A stretch of 61,663 bases of DNA, the filler included, from Porpidia crustulata (Eukaryota), in the NCBI GenBank assembly GCA_964255105.1. It is 10 parts of 10 records of this genome, joined end to end, with 100 filler letters (N's around TTAATTAATTAA, not from the genome) between each part and the next. Parts side by side here need not be neighbours in the genome. Positions count along the whole stretch, not along the records: positions 1 to 6,103 come from CAXUWE010001633.1; positions 6,204 to 12,302 come from CAXUWE010001634.1; positions 12,403 to 18,498 come from CAXUWE010001635.1; 7 more parts are not named here. One strand, written 5' to 3'. The notes under the pieces were generated by a model. It saw only the letters and a program-made list of their open reading frames with translations. It did no database searches and was not told where the DNA came from. Below are positions 1 through 14,359 of this stretch, one piece after another; positions within the stretch are counted from its first letter, which is position 1, and every line of letters starts with the position of its first letter. Both the position numbers and the translations under genes were made by a program.

Positions 1-463
1 GTCGCAGCTGTTTCGAATGCACGGAAAAGGCAATAAAACGTGCACAACAGCTGTTTGTACGTCGATGTCGCAGTCGTGTATATATGTATATGTGTGTGCA
101 GAGCGTGTGTCTTACTCCGCGGTCTCTGTATGCAGTATAAACATCGCGTTCAGTCACAAACGCGCTGCTTCTTCACTGTTTTCGAGTTAACATTTCTGTT
201 ACTCTTGTTACTGAAACCTCTAGGCTCTCCTGATAAACAGAAGGTTCGTAGCCAGCACCGCGTACAGGTGGGTTTCGTCGCTGGCCGCGTGGCACGAGTA
301 GTAGGCTGCCACCCTGCGTAATCTCGAAAACTTGATGGTCTGTGCTATCTAAGTACAGTAAGGCAACGATTCAAAGTCACAGTACCACATGAGAAAGCCC
401 GCATTCTCTAAACATCATCTGAAACCTTAAATTTATATTTTCCGAAGATTGAACCTCTTAGAC

Positions 464-1105
464 ATGACGGATCGACTGGAAAAAGGAGTCGAGGATGCGG
501 GGTAACCCTATGTGTTTTCTTCGACCCCATCTGATATTTATAGACGAAGGTATCAATTATGCTAATAATAGGTTCTACAGAGGTGCTCTTAAATCTGGAG
601 TATCATCTATTCCAGTTCTCGGCCAAGCTACCGACGTTACCTCGCAAGGCGCTGGCGTTGCGGGGTAAGCCATCGTCGTCGACGTATATTATTATTAATT
701 TTGGGGGAATACACGCTAACCAGAATCAACCCAAAGGTCCGGGGTCAAGGAAGTCACAAAGCCCGTCCCTTTGGTTGGCAATGTCGTTGAAGGCGTCGGA
801 AATGCCCCGACGGTGCAGAAACTCGGCGGAGAAGAGACCGAGAAGCCGGGATATCTAAGCGCTGCATACGATTACGCTGGCAAAGCCGTGAGGACAGTTT
901 ATGACGCCGCTGGCAATGCAGTACGTCATTTAGTTTACTCATCTGTGACCTGTCTCTGAATGACTCAAGCGAGGGGAAATGGAATGTTGCTGAGCTAATG
1001 GGCTTGCATCAGATTGGGACTGTCGGTGCAACAGCCGGTTCTCACGCTCACAGGTCGGGCGACGAATTGGAGAAAGATGGTCAAGATCACACTTCTAAAG
1101 CTTAA
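464..1105 (+). CDS. Small multi-exon Gly/Ala/Val-rich hydrophilic protein (LEA/hydrophilin-like); may be frameshifted
   Basis: ATG at 464 (MTDRLEKGVEDAG) and several short GT..CTAAC/CTGAT..AG introns. Clear intron 921-1012 joins ...YDAAGNA to IGTVGATAG...DHTSKA*. One upstream junction (~665-723) does not keep frame. Confidence 0.4.
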
Positions 1106-3064
1106 GGTGCATATGACAAGCCCGAAGCGGTTGACAAGGATTAAAGAGCTTCAATGGCCAGTGTGCAGACGGGAATTTACATAAAGAGAGTATAGAAACG
1201 AGACTCGGATTTAGATTGCATCAAGGCCTCAAGCTGTTCGGCATATTGATAGGTCTTGCAAACCTTTGCCAACAGGTTCCTTATCATAGCTCTGCGATCT
1301 CATGTTCGAATCCGTTTCAAAGAGGTTGATTCAACGATGATGCAACGTAATACAAGTAGTCTTGAAATTACACATATCTCCTCTCATTGTCGCTTATTGC
1401 TTGAGTGATTTTTCGGGATGACTTATTAGACTTCTTGGCCCCTGAATTGTTGGTGGGTACGTGGTATTTGGAGGATTTTACTTGTGGTACATGATGTCCT
1501 TAAACCCAGTTCGAAGTCCTGTCAACTCACAGACGGGTCCACGCTGAAAATGTAGAGCTTTCTACGTTTGAGACGCCTGTCTATACGCCGGCGCTCCGCT
1601 TTTCTGCTACTTACACACATTCGTCGTAGGAGAGAAGTAAATAGGCATGTAGCTTTGAACTAATGATTCTCTCGTTGGTACTTACGGCGCGTATCAAGAC
1701 AACCTTAAGAAGGTCGGTCCTCGGGATCGACCTAGACGAAGAATTTAAACATACAATAGAAGGCAAGCGCGCTATCTTTGAGGCGGTAGATAATGTGTGC
1801 ACCTGCTAAAACTTATTAAAGCGATTATATAGCCTTCACAGGCTGGAACTGACAAGGTATTCAGCCTTTTCCTAGCAACGCCAACCCTGTTCAATTACTT
1901 CCATATCAGTCCCATTGTTGAAGATAGGAACGATGGATTCTCGATTCGGCCGACATTATGACGCAGTGTACAACTTCGCTGGCTCACATGGTTATAATCT
2001 GGATTTGACAATTTGAGATCTTGGTAAAAAGAGTAAGATGTTCCTCATGAAATGAAGTCTGATCTCCACATAACAGCATTCCACCAGGACGGTATCCCAC
2101 TAGACCCAGATACAGCTAGATTCTTTTCTGAGCTAGTACTTGCTATTCATATATTGACATTGGAGGTAAGTCTTCAAGAATAATACATACTCCTAAGACG
2201 TCCTATCGGCAGTGAAGGAATTTCTCATTCCCCTCTTGTGGACATCGATTCATGGGACGGGGTGCTGTAGGCGGCTTCACCTCTCAAAGGTGACGATGTC
2301 TTCTGGTACGCTGATGCTTTCCTGCAAAAAGCTACCGCAGTCGCCAGATCCAGTGAGCTCGATACTTGCAACATTGCTCCTGTTGCTGTATATCTACCTT
2401 TGAACTAGTCACCGAGGTGAAATCTTGGAAGACCTTCGCTGACAAGAATACCAACCGAGTATCTGCCGCAGTCGGTGTCGTTCCCGCGGTCAAATTCGTT
2501 AGTATACCACACTTCCACCTGATAAGCTTCGCTTCGTTTGTCTATGCTTAAGTCTTATGTGAGGTTGTTAGATTGTTGAGCCACACGATGTGGTGCCCGA
2601 ATTTCATCATAATGCTACGCAAGCGAGCTTTGATCAAACTGCATAATGCGCTGATGGGGCTTAACAGAAGACTGCGATATTTAGCGCAACTTTTGGCTAA
2701 CACTTGTCGAAGAGTCTTGCGCCCGTATGTGACACACATCTCCTTTGCGAATAATATTGAAGCGTTCGTGGAATCAGAAGAGGCCCGATGGTTTGAAGAC
2801 TTAACTCATGCTTTCACGTTGGAGGTATTTCAAGTCCATGACCATGTGGGGGCAAATCATGACAGTAGATCGCCCTCCTAGCACCAAGAAGCCCAGCAAG
2901 GAGACGAATTGCTGTTTTTGAAGAGATGAGGTCGGCCTCACAAAATCTCCAACCTTCAAGTAGTACTGACTGCACGCTTTTTGTTGCTATTGTTGTCGGA
3001 TAGCGTGAATCGAACCGAATCGAATCTCATAATGTAAACCCAGTATTTTGTTTGAATTACGTTA

Positions 3065-5156
3065 CTAATTGTAGGCTTTACAGACATCATGCTTTGCGGC
3101 AACGAAGGCGTCGTTTGCCAAGAGTGCCCACCCAAGATACTGCCAAGGCATTCTGTGCAAACTGAAGTCAGCAGTACTCTTCTGAAATAGATTTAGGAGC
3201 GGCAGATCATGACCAATGAATCATGTAGCCTTGATGCATGCCCCGCAACTAATAAGCAAATTTAAAGCAGGGGGCGATGAATTAGAAAGATTACTTACGC
3301 GCCGCCCGAGAAGCTGCCATACGGGTCTGAGCAAGCCTGTTGATAGAATTTAGGCACTACATCTGACGGACAATCGGTGAAGGGATTCGGCTGCTTGTCG
3401 GCAGCGGTCAAGTCCCAAGTGCAGACCTGAAGATTACTGAGGCAACTGGCGGTAGAGCCCCCGGGACTGAGGTCGACTATCGGTACTTTTCCCTTGTTTG
3501 CGTGAGAAGCCTGAGCGCACTGATCAGCGCCAGCGAAGAGTAGTTCGCCGGTCGTCATTCCATTAAAGAATTCTTGCATGTTGTCATTGAAATCGCGAAG
3601 CTGGTTTTGGGTGTCTGTAAGAGCGTAGGTAATATCCGTTTTCGCGTCGAACCAGAACGTTGAACATTCACCGTACTGCCCGTAACCGTTACCGCATCCA
3701 GTATGCCAGTTGAGATTGGTGCCATTCTTTTCGAGCGCGTTGACGTCAGTTGCGACCTGCCGAGTGAGGATTACGTTGGTAACTTGATACACTTGGGAGA
3801 TTATATAAGTGTACAATGCCGTGAGACATAGTCCAACATCCGTATTCAGGTCGGGAATCTTTCCCGAGAATGGTGCATTGCCTGCAAAGGAGAGAAAACT
3901 TGCAACGTTGCTGTTGGTGGCATTCAATGCCGATGCATAATTATTTCGGAATGCGGTTACCACGTTGCCCATGCTCTTACTGACTGCAGCTGCGTCCGTT
4001 TGCTGAGAGTCTGCAGTCCCAATTGGAAAGATGTACTTTCCGACACCGGGAGCTTGCTGAGCAGCAACTATAAGACCCTTTGAAAGGGCACCGCCCAGTC
4101 CAGGGATGAATGCGAGACCGACCGACAAGACTGTCAAAATGTCGTTGAGCGCCAGGTTCGTTTTGGCCACAGGATCAAGTGTATTGACGATAGACTGCAG
4201 CTGAGTCGTGGCAGTACCTTGTGCAGCATTGATAGCTGCATAGTAATTCGAGAAAAAGCCGTTGATATTCCAGATATTATAGGCAACATAAAATGCGCGT
4301 TGTCCATTCCACATGTTTTGGAAGTCAGACCATACAGGTTGCTTACATCCTGAGACTGCATTGATCTCACCACAGGTAGATGGAGAATACCCTTTGGTCG
4401 CTAGCGCGTAGTAGCAGTCGGCGAAGCCTAGTTTCAGATTGTTCACGCAGGTTTTATTATTTGCGGCCCACCACCAGTTGACGTACTGGTCGAGCTCGAG
4501 AGCTACCCAGCATGATGCATCCGGGCTGTCGGGGTTATTGCAAGGAGCTGGAGGGTTTAGGTCTGATGCCCATTTGGGGGCCCCTGGCCCGAATGGGACT
4601 TGAGTATACCCCGTTGGTAGAGGACCTCCAGTTGCGCAGTAGGTGGTCGATGCTGTGCCAGAAACTGCTAAATTGATACCTGCCATCTCTCCATTGCCAC
4701 AGGTGCAGAAAGTCTGAGGGCCAGCGCTAACCCCTGCAACAGAGCTTGTGGTTGCAAAAGTTGTTCTGGTTTACGTAAGCTTATAACAAATAAAGAGTGA
4801 CCTAAGCAGACTGACGTGATGACGCTGCAGCCAGTGTGTTTGGGTGCGCTAGCGGTCGTCTTCAGGGTTGGGTTGACTGCGGAGTTGGTAGGGAATGAGG
4901 AGGGTCCATAAGGGCATTGACCCGAGACAGCCGGGAAGATCGTCAGTGCGTTACCACCTGGAAAACATTCGCACCAAGTCTGGGGGACATAATCTTTGTT
5001 ACTCTGGATAGCACAGCCGTTTCCACGAGGAATGAGCGTTGGGGTCGGCGCTGGCGTGATTGCCGCTGCTACCGCCTGTGGGTTCACATGCGGAGCCGCA
5101 GCAACAAGCGGGAGTGCAGCGGTCAGGCCTAATAGGAGGATACTGCGTGGCTGCAT
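3065..5156 (-). CDS. Secreted Cys-rich protein of unknown function (~600 aa)
   Basis: Signal peptide MQPRSILLLGLTAALPLVAA. Intron 4766-4815 (GTCAGT..CCAG) joins ORF 4668-5156 in frame to ORF 3295-4686. A GTAAGT donor at ~3298 implies further exons; probable last exon MPWQYLGWALL...KAYN* ends at 3065 (3' structure uncertain). Confidence 0.8.
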
Positions 5157-6103
5157 AGCTCTTCAACTTTTCAGACGAAATGGCTGCGATGCAGGTGGCT
5201 TTGAGGATGAGCAACACAGCAAGACTTGCAATTGTTGAAGAGAGAAGATTGAAAGAGAGAATGATAGCCGAATAGATATAAGAGTATATTCTTTACCCGG
5301 AAAGTAAATAGTCCTTGCGAACATGATAGGACATAGATGCTTCTTGTACGACTTCCTAATAGGGCTGTAGACCGAAAAGGGTGAGGCGCCAACGAAGCAT
5401 CCTGAAACCGCTCGGCCTCATCCACAACCAGAGAAATCGACCCCACGGAAATGAGATAACAGCTTGAGAAATGACGAGAGTTCCGAGGAGCACCATGCCT
5501 AAAACAGCCATGATGTCGCTGAAGTGGGCCAACAAGCGGTAAACAGTTGGAGAACTCTGACTGTTCCAACTGCCAACAAGCGGCAGCACCCCAACTGGAT
5601 CCAATGTAAGCAGCATAGTAAAAGGCTGATGCAATATTGCTTTAGCCGATCACGCCGATGCACCACCTACGGACCTTACACCTTACGCCTATTGCCTCTC
5701 TCCTTAGTGTTAGGAGAGAGGCTTAGGCATCTAGTGCCAATCTCACCACCCCGTTTGCTGAGGAGGAAAGAAATGATATCAGGCGTGCAGTCAAGAGATG
5801 AGGGGAGCGCTGCGGAGATTAGCCTAGACTATGAGATGGACACGCTGTGTTGGTTGTGGTGACTCGGGGGAAGATGGGACTATGGATCAAGGGGCAATCG
5901 ACTATGTTGAATGTGAGGTGGTGTCTGACTCAGGGCACTAATTGTTCCTGTGGATATTCGGCATCATCCTTGACTCGTCATCCGGTCCTTCCCTCCTACC
6001 ACCCCCAGGATGTGGACCAAACCAAGTGAAGAAAGAAATAAAATTTTTTACTGGTAGTCAGTGGCAAGGCGGGATCACTACCGTGGCTCAGCCCCACGAG
6101 CGT

Positions 6104-6203
6104 NNNNNNNNNNNNNNNNNNNNNNNNNNNNNNNNNNNNNNNNNNNNTTAATTAATTAANNNNNNNNNNNNNNNNNNNNNNNNNNNNNNNNNNNNNNNNN
6201 NNN
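6104..6203. other. Artificial contig spacer
   Basis: N44-TTAATTAATTAA-N44, giving stops in all six frames. Confidence 0.99.
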
Positions 6204-7033
6204 ATGGAGAGGGGAGGATGATGGCTTTGTGAGTGCTTGGGTATGGAATAGAGGGAAGGATGTGGGGTTGAGAAGAAGTCGGGGTGTTGGGGATTAGAAG
6301 GAGGCGAGGGGGTTACTGCGTGAGAAGAGCTCATACGATGCATCGGAGTTGCTTGACTGCGGCAATCTAGACGAAGGTCGGTGGGGTCTTTACTCAATCG
6401 GTAGGATGGTGAGATGCGAAGAAAATCCCAGAGCTTTCGCGCACACAATTCTCCTGTAAAACATCGAGCGATGAGAGGAATTCCTGGCCAGGAATTCGGT
6501 CAATCATATATCTTATCCAATCAACTCTCACATCATATCTAAGATGGACGAGTATCCGATCATTGGCCTCAACCTGTGGCCTATATTTCCAGGTCTATTA
6601 CGCCTGTTCAAGATCGACGGTATATTTCTACTTTCATCAAGATCTTCCACCAGGGTTCCTGTGCCAGTCCCACCCTCTTCTATTCTTCTTTTAGCAATCT
6701 TTGTCCATGGAAGATCGGAAGCTTGCCGAGGCCCTTTACGTTAGACTATCAGAGAAGGGGTCAATGTTTCTACATGGGTGAAAAAACAGTAGGAGGCGAG
6801 ATCTCGGAATTAAGGTTCGTACCTTTCTGGTTCTGCGCAGGAGCTAGTAGCACATACTTTACTGTCTTCTAATTGTAGAGCGTGCTACCGAGCGTCTGAG
6901 ATATGGAGAAGCTTGATGGATATTCCAGTCGTATCTATACAGAATTCCGTCAGCTCGCAATCTCATTGCTGCCATAATCTATGATTGTATTTTATATGCA
7001 GATGCTTAAGCCTTCCTACCTACAAGAAAAGAA

Positions 7034-7077
7034 AACCACTACACCATTGTACCAGCGCCATTAGGAATCGAACCTAA
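7034..7077 (-). repeat. 44-bp dispersed tRNA-like element, copy 1 (T-arm/B-box followed by A-box)
   Basis: Minus strand TTAGGTTCGATTCCTAATGGCGCTGGTACAATGGTGTAGTGGTT; 41/44 identical to 26081-26124 on another contig. Confidence 0.8.
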
Positions 7078-9266
7078 TCTGATTATTACTAAACAGCTCA
7101 ACGCCTACGTTGTTGTTGAAACATACCTCACATCCCGGTGATTGTGGTATCGTTATTGCCTTGTCCAGCTTACTATGCGTATTCGATGTGCAATCTTTCA
7201 GTATTCCTTACCTGTTGCGGAGAATCACCGTTCAAGTTAGCAGAGCACATTACTGTTTTCACTATGCATAAATTTTCAGCTTCTTTTCTCCCTTGCAAGA
7301 TCGTCAAGCTTCCGCTCCATGTTTCCTTGATACCGAAAACTTGAGCATTTTCAAGACTGTCCGTACAATCTGCAGGCGTTGTGCAACCTTCGAGCTTTAG
7401 GCGATTGCTGCCAACCTCATACGGCTCCAAGCTTTCAGGACGTAGTAACGGCTCGTCCTAAAAGATATTGCAAGGAGCCATCTAGGTAACAGCTTCCTTC
7501 AAACGCCGACTTGCCTTCAGCTTTTCTCCCAAGGATACTTGGGCAAGATCCTGTGGTCTCCCTCTACCAATAAACGGCCAGGCCACCAGCTGCTTGGCTC
7601 CAGGCCACCAGTTGTTTGGCTTCGAGCCACATCCCAAGAGTCTGGCAGTATCACGCTTATGGGGTATGCCCGGATCAGGCTTTTCTGGTCTGTGGCTCAT
7701 AAATACCAAAGAGCAAGGACTCAATCAACGCAAATGAGAAACCTATTCTTCGAATTACCACGAAATCTCTGTGGAATTTTTTCGCTATGAAAAAAAGGGA
7801 GTCTTCTTTACATGTGACGTGTGACTTGTAATCTTACTAATTACTAGGAAAATGATTCGATGAATCACAGACATTACAACAGTCAAGATCCTAGAAAAAG
7901 ACTGATATTGAAAGACCGGAATAGCTTGCTTTAGTTATGTACAACTAGTAGCTTGTGCCTTCTCAGCTCAGTTTACCTTCTTTTGAATTCTTGAAGCGCG
8001 CCACAGAGCCTTGATTCGATCAAAGTCTGAAAGCTGCAAGACTTCACATCTGGCTCTCTTCAATGAAATTGTGTACACGCCTCTATCTCGACGACCAATT
8101 CTTTGGGACGACACCTCATATCCATGATTTTACACAAAGAACCCTATCACCGCGTCCATAAAATCAAAAGAAAGAAGACAAAAAGCAACCATCGCTAATT
8201 TGTCTATACAAAAACATCATAGGTTAAGAAGGATATTGTTTTTTTAGATTTCAGTGGAGGACAAGGATTGTCTTTACGTGTAGAAAATCGAGGTATATCT
8301 TGTGCATTAGATTCCTATGAATCCTCAGTAGGAGCAGAACAGAGGACCCCGTCTTGAGACTGCAGCGGAGAAGAATCCTATCTCACTTAGAGCCAGGCTT
8401 CGAACTAGAACTGAGCATATCAGCTCTTGTAGATATCATACCCTAAGCACCTAGAAGAGGATGGGACGAGCAGCTTCCTTGACTGAATGAAATCTATCTG
8501 CTCTACATGCGTAAGAATTCCGAGACCGGAGGGCTGTTAGTACCTCGTTTGCTCGATAATTAGTAATTACCTGTCCAGGGTAATATGCAAGCCGCCAGTC
8601 CCAACCTTTCACTCCAAAATTCTAAGCGAGCTGGTATAGAAGCCACACATTCTCGCTCAAATCTATTCTCTTATTGACACAGCAACTACACTTCGTACGC
8701 TTTTCAGCTTCCAGATTCCGCAAGGTGTAAAGCCCAAGTCTCTGTCGACAGCAGAAGTGTGCTCAAGTCTTGAGTGAAAGCAATCCGCGGTGCAAGCTGT
8801 CATTGACTAGAAGTCAAGGTGAGTGATCATCCGAAGCTATTCGTTTCTTGTCAACACAGGCATCAATTGCCATATCAGGACATCTCTCTATTCTTGACAG
8901 GCCTTCTACTTCTTTTCGTAAGCTATAACTCACTTTTAGACTTGTTACTTCTTCAGTCCCACCGTGTGTCAAAGCTATTAGATTAGTGAGTGAGGGTAAT
9001 ACGCACCTGTGAGCTGAGTATTGAGATTACCACTCTTGTTTCCACTTAACTTCCATTCTGAGTAGCACTCATCCTCGCTTCACGAAGCTCTTGACAGACT
9101 TCAGAGGCGCCGTATCTCATGGGAGCGACCTCCTTTCTGTTTCCACCTGATCAGGCTTCATAGCACGATAGTTTCGTCCCGTCTTTTTCTGGTACGTTTA
9201 TCAGGATTCTTGAACAAAGCTAATTGATCGACCGGATCCAGATACCCAGAGTATCCATCGACTACC

Positions 9267-11439
<2,173 letters not shown>

Positions 11440-11961
11440 TCAACTTGAAGGCAAGCCACATGGTTTTGTTACTGTCGATCATTAACATCTATTACTTGCT
11501 TCCGACACTTAGTTTAGCGATCTCGTGTGCCTTAGGAGGTCATTTGTACATTGCCCTGAATGTCCTGTCCTTTTCCTTTGACAGAGACTTAGCTAGACCG
11601 TGTTAGCTTGACTTTCCATGTCAACAGAATTAATAAAAGCCTTGAACATAGTTTGTGTTGGTCCAATATTGACTCAACACTTAGTATCGCCACCAGAGCC
11701 AAATCCGTAACAATTTCTACACATCCGAGCGCGCTCACTCGAGTCCTAAATTGAATCTTGAAAGAAAACATCTTACCCATGATTATTACAGAATTATCAT
11801 CCTCATACCTGAGTCCACAAAGACTGCATGTCGACTCTACCCGGAAGCTCCCAGCAGAGTCCAGCTCCGCAAATCTTCAACACAACCTTTCACAGTCAGC
11901 CCTTCACATTGCGTCCCGTCAATAAAGAAAGATAAAAAGTTTCATCCGACGCAAACTCAAC

Positions 11962-12302
11962 ATGGCGCTTGAATCAGCCAGGAGCAACTTTCAAACCCAC
12001 ATAACCCTTCACCCCGAAAACCTCGCAAAGATGGACGATGGAGCTTTTGTGGCACTATCCTATGGTGATCCGAACGGTGATGGTCACGATGGTGATGACG
12101 GTGATGGTAAAGGGAAGTCGCCGGAACGTGGAAATGGTGAATACGGACAAGATGATTACGATGACACGACGCCGTAGGTTGATCTCATAACTTTCATCTT
12201 GCTTGCTCATGATTGCAAACTGCTGATGTTTATCGTTTGTAGGGAGACTGTGGCGGAAGCTGCAACGCCGGCGACCTCGAGGAATAGGGGGCAGTTGGGG
12301 GC
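11962..12302 (+). CDS. Hypothetical protein, 5' part only (cut by contig end)
   Basis: ATG in good context (CAAC ATG G), acidic Gly/Asp-rich exon, GTAGGT donor at ~12174 and a CTGAT..TAG acceptor at ~12242. Confidence 0.35.
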
Positions 12303-12402
12303 NNNNNNNNNNNNNNNNNNNNNNNNNNNNNNNNNNNNNNNNNNNNTTAATTAATTAANNNNNNNNNNNNNNNNNNNNNNNNNNNNNNNNNNNNNNNNNN
12401 NN
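12303..12402. other. Artificial contig spacer
   Basis: Same 100-nt spacer. Confidence 0.99.
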
Positions 12403-14359
12403 ATGGGGTAGGATATCATGTCAGTCTCTTGATGTAATAAATAGGGCATCGAGAACCTAGTATGAAGTAAGATAGACTCACTTGATGAGTTGGGCCCAAA
12501 GCTCCGTCTTCAATACTGTCATGAGTACCAATATGAATAACCTGTAGCCCGCAAATCGCACTCATCCGCAACGCTGCGGCACCATAGAGCTGAAAGGCAG
12601 CAAGGGTCGAAGTCACTGGCAGAAATGCCCGCGAGGAGTAAGCCGCAATGCCGTTTGCGATGGCCATCATACCGTGCTCACGAACACCATAGTACATGTA
12701 TGTGCTGGCGAAACCAACATCCAGTGATTTCGATGGACGGGAGCCAAAAGCTTTTCCTCCTGGGTTAGTGACACCGCTATATTCCAACAGATCAGCTGAT
12801 CCTGTGAAGAACGGAATCGAACGCCAAATAAGGTCGTAGACGGCAGAGGAAGCTTCCAGCATAGACACTCTGTCACTGCTTGGCTTGTACTTTGCGAGCG
12901 AATCTTTCCAACTCGGGTTGAAATCCCCTCTGATTCTACTCTGGAGGCTCGTGGCTAGATCTGGATATTCTTGTTCGTATCGGGATAGGTTTTGTTCCCA
13001 TTGATGTCTATAATCCCTTCCCTTTTCAGGAATCTCGGACCAGTAGCTTCGAACATCTTCTGGAACTTGGTGAGTCTTGCTGGGATCCAGATTCCACGTC
13101 TCTTTACATCTTGCGACGTCTTTCGGCCCAAAAGGATTCTCGTGAGCATGAGCGGTGCCTGCCCTGTTTGTTCCCAACCCAATAACAGTCTTTATGTTGA
13201 GAAAGATAGGTTGACCGGTTAAGTCCTGAGCATGTTCGAGGGCCCTTCGAATTGCAGAGGCATTGTAATTGCCGTCTGGAACTTCCAGTACGTGCCAACC
13301 ACAAGCTCTAGGAAGCTCCACGTCATTGCCAATTCTATTTAGGTATACATCCAGACTTACCGCATTTTTGCATTTATGTTTTCAGATATCGTCATGCTGA
13401 TTGGACCGTCACATTGAACGCCGTTATTATCGTAGATGACAATAAGATTGTCAAGTTTCAGATGACCAGCCAAGGAAATTGCTAAATACTCGTCAGATGT
13501 ACAGAATTATAAGAGTTGAGGCCAAATTTTCGTACCTTCTAATGCAACACCTTCTTGCAAACAGGCATCGCCGCAAACACAATAGACTCTTGACTGGATT
13601 ATTTCGAGATCTTCCTTGTTGTAATTTGCACGTAGGTTCATGTTTGCGATAGCCATGCCAACGGCATTGGCGATGCCTTGGCCCAATGGACCGGTAGACA
13701 TGTCAAGGGCTTCGTAATGCATTTCTGGGTGCATCCTAGCCTGACAGGTGTCGTCAAGAGCTGTTGGATGCCCAAATCCCTTTAATTGTTCCATGGTCCA
13801 GGTCGGATATCCACTCAGGTGCAGCATGATATACTGCAAAAGGCTCACATGCCCGTTGGAAAAGACAAAACGATCTCTATCAAACCAGTCTGCTCGTGAT
13901 GGGTCAAAACGGAGAACATGTCTCCACAGAACCGTAGCAATTGCTGCCATCCCAAGTGCACTCCCTGTTAGATACGGGTCAGTGGGCAAGGTGTGTAGGG
14001 AAATAAATCCGTAATCGATCACCTCCATGACCATTTTCATACTGCTCCACGCAGTCCAAGACCAGGCCCCGAACCGTCTGAATAGTCCTGGCATCTTCGT
14101 GCGATGCATTCGGGCTTCGCAAATGTAATGCTTCGACTATGGGCTCCTCCAAATCGCCGTTCAAAGCATGACCGCCATTCAGGCTATGGCTACCCTCCGG
14201 GCCGTGGTCGCCATCTGAAGTGCGTTCACCATTAGGAGTGTGTTTGCCGTTCGCTTTGTGTTCCCCATTTAGGTGTTTATCGTCTTGCAGAGCAGAATCG
14301 CCATTGAGTGCAAGATCTGTAGGATGGCTTATACCGTTGGCGTCTGTGTCGTTGGCCAT
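12403..14359 (-). CDS. Transketolase / dihydroxyacetone synthase family enzyme, 3' truncated by contig end
   Basis: GHGGSALGMA, DRDRFVFSNGH, STGPLGQGIANAVGMA, ThDP motif GDACLQEG...YDNN, YGVREH, THDSI..GPTHQ. Introns include 13965-14022, ~13482-13535, ~13322-13360 and a donor at ~12481. Confidence 0.93.

Noticed and set aside
1500..2950. Short ORFs in the middle of contig 1
   Set aside because: No coherent exon chain or motif; possibly gene debris
6148..6159. Regularly spaced TTAATTAATTAA palindromes about every 6.1-6.2 kb
   Set aside because: Artificial linker inside N runs. The periodicity reflects length-sorted contigs, not biology, so no cross-contig cluster was inferred.
7034..7200. 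Complete tRNA gene (including tRNA-Sec or initiator Met) around the GGTTCGATTCC motif
   Set aside because: No matching 5' acceptor strand, D-arm or anticodon arm upstream of the T-arm in either copy
7173..7481. Coding-like fragment on the minus strand
   Set aside because: Upstream ATG is closed by an in-frame TAG and no recognisable family motif is present
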